A DNA stretch of 30,280 bases from UHGV virus genome UHGV-0139558; one strand, written 5' to 3'. Both the position numbers and the translations under genes were made by a program. Shown here in pieces: positions 25,922 through 30,280 of this stretch. The notes under the pieces are model-generated. The model did not search any database. It was not told the DNA's origin and worked only from the letters and a program-made list of their open reading frames with translations. The stretch comes from a virus. Position 1 is the first letter of the stretch; each line of letters begins with the position of its first letter.

Positions 25922-27401
25922 CACCATTCCGTCGAATACGCTGGTTCCGCTGTTTTATGCGGAAATGGATAACCAGGCTGCGAATACTGCACAGGACAGC
26001 GGAGCATCGCTGCTGATTGGTCATGTCAATAACGGTGCAGAGATTGTTGCCAACAGTCTGGTGCTGATGCCGTCGGCAGACTATGCACGCCAGATTTGTG
26101 GTGCTGGAAGTCAGCTGGCGCGTATGGTCGAGGCTTATCGTCAGACCGACCCGTTTGGTGAGCTGTATGTGATTGCCGTTCCTGAATCCACGGGCGCGGC
26201 GGCAACAGTTACGCTGACGGTGACCGGGGCGGCAACCGAAACCGGCACGGTGAATGTTTATGTGGGACGTACCCGCGTGCAGGCACCGGTGACCAACGGC
26301 GATAACGTCACGACGATTGCCAGCAGTATCCAGGATGCCATTAATGCCGTTCCGGCCCTGCCGTTTACGGCCTCATCTTCGGCAGGCGTGGTCACGCTGA
26401 CCGCGCGTCATAAGGGGCTTTGCGGGAATGAAATTCCTGTCAGCCTCAATTACTACGGCTTTGGTGGGGGCGAAGTGCTGCCAGCGGGCGTACAGATTGC
26501 CGTAGCGACGGGGACCGCCGGAACGGGCGCTCCGGTTCTCACCGGCGCGGTGGCTGCAATGGCGGATGAGCCGTTTGATTATATCGGCCTGCCGTTCAAC
26601 GACACGGCCTCCGTTAACACGCTGGTGACCGAGATGAACGATACCAGCGGTCGCTGGAGCTATGCGCGTCAGCTGTATGGCCATGTGTATACGGCAAAGA
26701 TCGGCACGCTGTCAGAACTGGTGACCGCAGGTGACCAGTTTAACCAGCAGCACATTACCCTGGCGGGGTACGAAAAAGACACTCAGACGCCTGCCGACGA
26801 GCTGGCGGCAAGCCGTACCGCCCGCGCAGCGGTGTTTATCCGCAACGATCCGGCTCGTCCCACGCAGACCGGTGAGCTGGTGGGTATGCTGCCTGCGCCG
26901 AAGGGGAAACGGTTCACGATGACCGAACAACAGACCCTGCTGTCTCATGGCGTGGCAACGGCGTATGTCGAAAGCGGGGTACTGCGCATTCAGCGTGATG
27001 TCACCACGTACAGGAAAAACGCTTACGGGGTTGCGGATAACAGCTACCTCGACAGTGAGACGCTGCATACCAGTGCGTATGTACTGCGCAAACTGAAATC
27101 CGTCATTACCAGTAAGTACGGGCGTCACAAGCTTGCCAGTGACGGTACCCGCTTTGGTCCCGGTCAGGCGATTGTCACCCCGGCGGTGATCAAAGGGGAA
27201 CTGCTGGCAACCTACCGTCAGCTTGAGCGTGCGGGGATCGTGGAAAACTACGAACTGTTTAAGCAGTACCTGGTTGTGGAGCGTGATGCCAGCGATCCGA
27301 ACCGCCTGAACACGCTGTTCCCGCCTGACTATGTTAACCAGTTGCGTGTCTTTGCCGTGGTTAACCAGTTCCGTCTTCAGTATTCAGAGGAGTCTGCATA
27401 A
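25905..27401 (+). CDS. Contractile tail sheath protein (Mu gpL-like)
   Basis: 498 aa; followed directly by tube, chaperone and tape measure genes. Confidence 0.8.
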   Translation: MTISFNTIPSNTLVPLFYAEMDNQAANTAQDSGASLLIGHVNNGAEIVANSLVLMPSADYARQICGAGSQLARMVEAYRQTDPFGELYVIAVPESTGAAATVTLTVTGAATETGTVNVYVGRTRVQAPVTNGDNVTTIASSIQDAINAVPALPFTASSSAGVVTLTARHKGLCGNEIPVSLNYYGFGGGEVLPAGVQIAVATGTAGTGAPVLTGAVAAMADEPFDYIGLPFNDTASVNTLVTEMNDTSGRWSYARQLYGHVYTAKIGTLSELVTAGDQFNQQHITLAGYEKDTQTPADELAASRTARAAVFIRNDPARPTQTGELVGMLPAPKGKRFTMTEQQTLLSHGVATAYVESGVLRIQRDVTTYRKNAYGVADNSYLDSETLHTSAYVLRKLKSVITSKYGRHKLASDGTRFGPGQAIVTPAVIKGELLATYRQLERAGIVENYELFKQYLVVERDASDPNRLNTLFPPDYVNQLRVFAVVNQFRLQYSEESA

Positions 27402-27757
27402 TGGCCCGTATCGGGGGAACCTGTTATTTCAAAATTGACGGTCAGCAGCTATCGCTGACCGGCGGCATTGAGGTGCCCATGAACAAGACGGTAAATGATG
27501 ACATCATCGGCCTGGACGGTTCAGTGGACCGCAAGGAAACTCACCGTGCGCCTTATGTCAAAGGGACCTTCAAGGTGCCGAAGAATTTTCCGGTGAGCAA
27601 AATCACCTCGTCTGATGAGATGACCATCACTGCCGAGCTGGCAAACGGTCAGGTCTATGTACTGTCGTCTGCCTGGCTGCACGGCGAAGCGAACCATAAT
27701 GCCGAAGAAGGCACGGTCGATCTTGAGTTCCACGGTGAAGAAGGGGATTACCAGTAA
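27401..27757 (+). CDS. Tail tube protein (Mu gpM-like)
   Basis: 118 aa, ATGGCC start overlapping sheath stop; canonical position. Confidence 0.75.
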   Translation: MARIGGTCYFKIDGQQLSLTGGIEVPMNKTVNDDIIGLDGSVDRKETHRAPYVKGTFKVPKNFPVSKITSSDEMTITAELANGQVYVLSSAWLHGEANHNAEEGTVDLEFHGEEGDYQ

Positions 27758-28026
27758 TGAAAGAGCTTGAGTTAAAGAAACCGATTACCGCTCATGGCGA
27801 GACACTCTCCGTACTGGAGTTTGATGAGCCCACCGGGAAAGATGTCCGCGAGCTGGGATATCCCTACCAGATGAATCAGGATGAGTCCGTCAGACTTCTG
27901 GCGCATGTGGTATCGAAATACATTGTGCGGCTGGCGAAAGTGCCGCAAAGCTCTGTCGACCAGATGTCTCCGGCAGACCTGAATGCAGCGGCGTGGCTTG
28001 TGGCTGGTTTTTTCCTCCAGGCCTGA
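27757..28026 (+). CDS. Tail assembly chaperone (G-like), zero-frame product
   Basis: 89 aa acidic protein immediately before the tape measure; ends just after a T-TTT-TTC slippery site. Confidence 0.7.
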   Translation: MKELELKKPITAHGETLSVLEFDEPTGKDVRELGYPYQMNQDESVRLLAHVVSKYIVRLAKVPQSSVDQMSPADLNAAAWLVAGFFLQA

Positions 28027-28175
28027 CGGCTGAATACCTCACTGATCGCTTTTTTGATTGCGCCAGCTACTGGCGCATTAATCCCTTCGAATTGCTGAAT
28101 ATGCCGATCAGTGAAATTCCCTTGCTGGTCAGTCAGGCAAACAGGATAGAGCAGGAGAAACGCACACATGGCTGA
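28008..28175 (+). other. Programmed -1 frameshift site (T TTT TTC at 28008-28014) and -1 frame extension of the tail chaperone (GT-like fusion)
   Basis: Heptamer X XXY YYZ = T TTT TTC in the chaperone zero frame; -1 frame is open from there to 28175, ending 8 nt after the tape measure start. Confidence 0.6.
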
Positions 28176-30003
28176 ATTTGAGCTTAAGGCGTTGATCACC
28201 GGTGTCGACAGGCTTTCTCCCGCGCTGTCGAAAATGCAAAAGAAAATCCGGGGATTTAAACGCCAGGCGGAAGAAGCGTCACAGGGTGGGCTGGCGCTTG
28301 GTGGCGGACTGGCAGCGGGTCTGACGCTTTCCCTGAAATCTTATGCCGATCAGGAAAACGCCGCCACCGGGCTGAAAGTCGCCATGATGGATGCGAACGG
28401 CGAGGTTGGAAAGAGCTTTCAGGACATCAATAAACTGGCTATTGGCCTGGGTAACCAGCTACCCGGTACAACGGCTGATTTCCAGAACATGATGCAGATG
28501 CTGGTGCGTCAGGGGATCCCGGCAGAAAACATTCTTGGTGGTGTGGGTAAAGCGACAGCTTATCTTGCGGTACAACTGAAAAAAACACCGGAAGCGGCTG
28601 CTGAGTTTGCTGCAAAGATGCAGGATGCTACCGGAACGGCGTCAGAAGACATGATGGGGCTGTTCGACACTATCCAGAAGGCGTTTTATCTGGGCGTTGA
28701 TGATACCAACATGTTGTCCTTCTTCACTAAAACCAGTTCTGTTCTGAAAATGGTGAATAAGGACGGTCTTCAGGCTGCACAGAGCCTTGCCCCTATCAGC
28801 GTCATGATGGATCAGATGGGGATGAACGGGGAGTCGGCAGGTAATGCCCTGCGAAAAGTTATCCAGTCCGGATTAAGCGTTAAGAAAATCAGGGACGTCA
28901 ATAAAGTCATGGCCCGCCAGAAACTCGGAGTGCAGCTCGATTTTACTGACGGCAAAGGGAGTTTTGGCGGTCTTGATAACATGTTTAAGCAACTGGCAAA
29001 GCTGCGAAAACTGACCGACGTTAAGCGAACAGGTGTACTTAAGGCAATATTTGGTGATGATGCCGAAACCCTTCAGGTGGTCAATGCTCTGATCGATAAA
29101 GGAAAGGATGGTTACGATCAGATCCAGCAGAAGATGAATAAACAGGCCAGCCTGAATAAACGTGTTCAGGCCCAGCTTGGTACGCTGTCCAACCTGTGGG
29201 AGGCAATGACGGGGACCGCAACTAACGGCCTTGCGGCTATTGGCGGCGCATTTTCTGGTGACGCCAAAAATATCACGCAATGGCTGGGGGAGTTGGGGGA
29301 AAAATTCACGAAGTTTGCGGATGAAAATCCCCAGGTTATTCGCGGCGTCGTCGGGCTTGCTGCCGGTCTTGCGATTCTGAAACTGGGATTGATGGGCGTT
29401 GGCGGTGCCATCAGTATTGTCAGCAGGATTATGTCGATGACGCCGATTGGCATGATTGCGACGGCGATAGCCCTGGCTGCGGGATTAATTATCACTAACT
29501 GGGATGTTGTCGGACCTTATTTCAAGAAGCTCTGGGAAACCATTAGTCCTTATTTTGAGGCTGGCTGGGAACTTCTGAAGAAGGTTTTTGCCTGGTCGCC
29601 GCTGGGGATGGTGATCAATAACTGGGGACCGGTTGTTAAGTGGTTTCAGGATATGTGGGATAAGCTGAAGCCGATTATTGAATGGTTTACCGACAGTTCC
29701 GGTGACACGGTCGATGCCATTAACTCTGCGCAGTGGGGCGTGGGTGCTTATGATGCTTATGGGACGGGAATACCGGCGCGGGGATACACGCCTTATCCGG
29801 CGATGGATCCGGCTCAGGCAAACAACGCCTCTGATGCCAAAGGCCCGAATCCCTTCATGATTAATAAAGCTACTGCGCCAAAAGTTGATGGTGAGATCAA
29901 GGTCTCTTTTGTGAATTCACCTCCGGGGATGCGGGTTATGGAAACGCGATCCAGCGGTTTTGATGTCAGCCATGATGTTGGCTATACGCGCTTTGGCAGG
30001 TAA
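28168..30003 (+). CDS. Tail tape measure protein
   Basis: 611 aa, Gly/Ala-rich with hydrophobic central segment; downstream of frameshifted chaperone. Confidence 0.85.
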   Translation: MAEFELKALITGVDRLSPALSKMQKKIRGFKRQAEEASQGGLALGGGLAAGLTLSLKSYADQENAATGLKVAMMDANGEVGKSFQDINKLAIGLGNQLPGTTADFQNMMQMLVRQGIPAENILGGVGKATAYLAVQLKKTPEAAAEFAAKMQDATGTASEDMMGLFDTIQKAFYLGVDDTNMLSFFTKTSSVLKMVNKDGLQAAQSLAPISVMMDQMGMNGESAGNALRKVIQSGLSVKKIRDVNKVMARQKLGVQLDFTDGKGSFGGLDNMFKQLAKLRKLTDVKRTGVLKAIFGDDAETLQVVNALIDKGKDGYDQIQQKMNKQASLNKRVQAQLGTLSNLWEAMTGTATNGLAAIGGAFSGDAKNITQWLGELGEKFTKFADENPQVIRGVVGLAAGLAILKLGLMGVGGAISIVSRIMSMTPIGMIATAIALAAGLIITNWDVVGPYFKKLWETISPYFEAGWELLKKVFAWSPLGMVINNWGPVVKWFQDMWDKLKPIIEWFTDSSGDTVDAINSAQWGVGAYDAYGTGIPARGYTPYPAMDPAQANNASDAKGPNPFMINKATAPKVDGEIKVSFVNSPPGMRVMETRSSGFDVSHDVGYTRFGR

Positions 30004-30026
30004 TGAAAAATTAATCTGTTAATGAG

Positions 30027-30048
30027 TCCCACTCCGGTGGGATTTTTT
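30027..30048 (+). terminator. Rho-independent terminator/attenuator after tape measure gene
   Basis: Stem TCCCAC / GTGGGA, loop TCCG, followed by TTTTTT. Confidence 0.5.
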
Positions 30049-30063
30049 ATGTACGGAGTTTAT

Positions 30064-30280
30064 ATGACGTGGAAAGACAGACTTCAGGACGCGTCATTTC
30101 GCGGCGTGCCGTTTAAGGTTGAAGAAGAAAGTGCGGGAACCGGTCGCCGTGTGGAAACACATGAATACCCGAACCGCGACAAACCCTATACCGAAGACCT
30201 GGGGAAAATCACTTTTCGCCCGTCCATCACGGCTTATGTGGTGGGAGATGACTGCTTTGACCAGCGCGATCGCCTGATTG
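30064..30280 (+). CDS. DNA circulation protein (Mu gpN-like), N-terminal fragment; continues past window end
   Basis: 'MTWKDRLQDASFRGVPFKVEEE' N-terminus as recalled for Mu N-family proteins; follows tape measure. Confidence 0.55.
   Translation, partial: MTWKDRLQDASFRGVPFKVEEESAGTGRRVETHEYPNRDKPYTEDLGKITFRPSITAYVVGDDCFDQRDRLI

Larger units (their letters stand above)
1509..30280. mobile_element. Lambdoid mosaic prophage (partial; right end beyond window, left att not resolved)
   Basis: Contiguous int-xis, immunity, replication, Q, lysis, terminase, head and tail modules in canonical lambdoid order. Confidence 0.85.

Overview
This window is about 29 kb of a mosaic lambdoid enterobacterial prophage, read left to right from its integration module into the tail operon. 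Order: lambda-type integrase/excisionase (minus strand), a leftward early operon (HD-domain hydrolase, YfdQ-like and other small genes), an immunity region with CI-like repressor and Cro-like regulator flanked by operator repeats, a replication module with in-gene iterons, Nin-like genes (adenine methyltransferase, LexA-N-like protein, RusA, KilA-N, DUF968), antiterminator Q, a lambda-like lysis cassette (holin, R, Rz/Rz1), HNH plus small and large terminase, HK97-like portal/protease/capsid, and a Mu-like contractile tail (sheath, tube, frameshifted chaperone, tape measure, start of a DNA-circulation-like protein). The left 1.5 kb carries the 3' part of an ABC-type ATPase gene plus a small partner gene, convergent with int. 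Several AT-rich cargo insertions interrupt the backbone. The strongest candidate for an undescribed system is a reverse-oriented two-gene operon between Q and the lysis genes (313-aa soluble protein plus 153-aa four-helix membrane protein). Other candidates are a TerB-like/BRCT gene pair between OL and cI, the ATPase/partner pair next to int, and a membrane-anchored moron after the spanins. All protein family calls are from reading the translations by eye; no database search was run.
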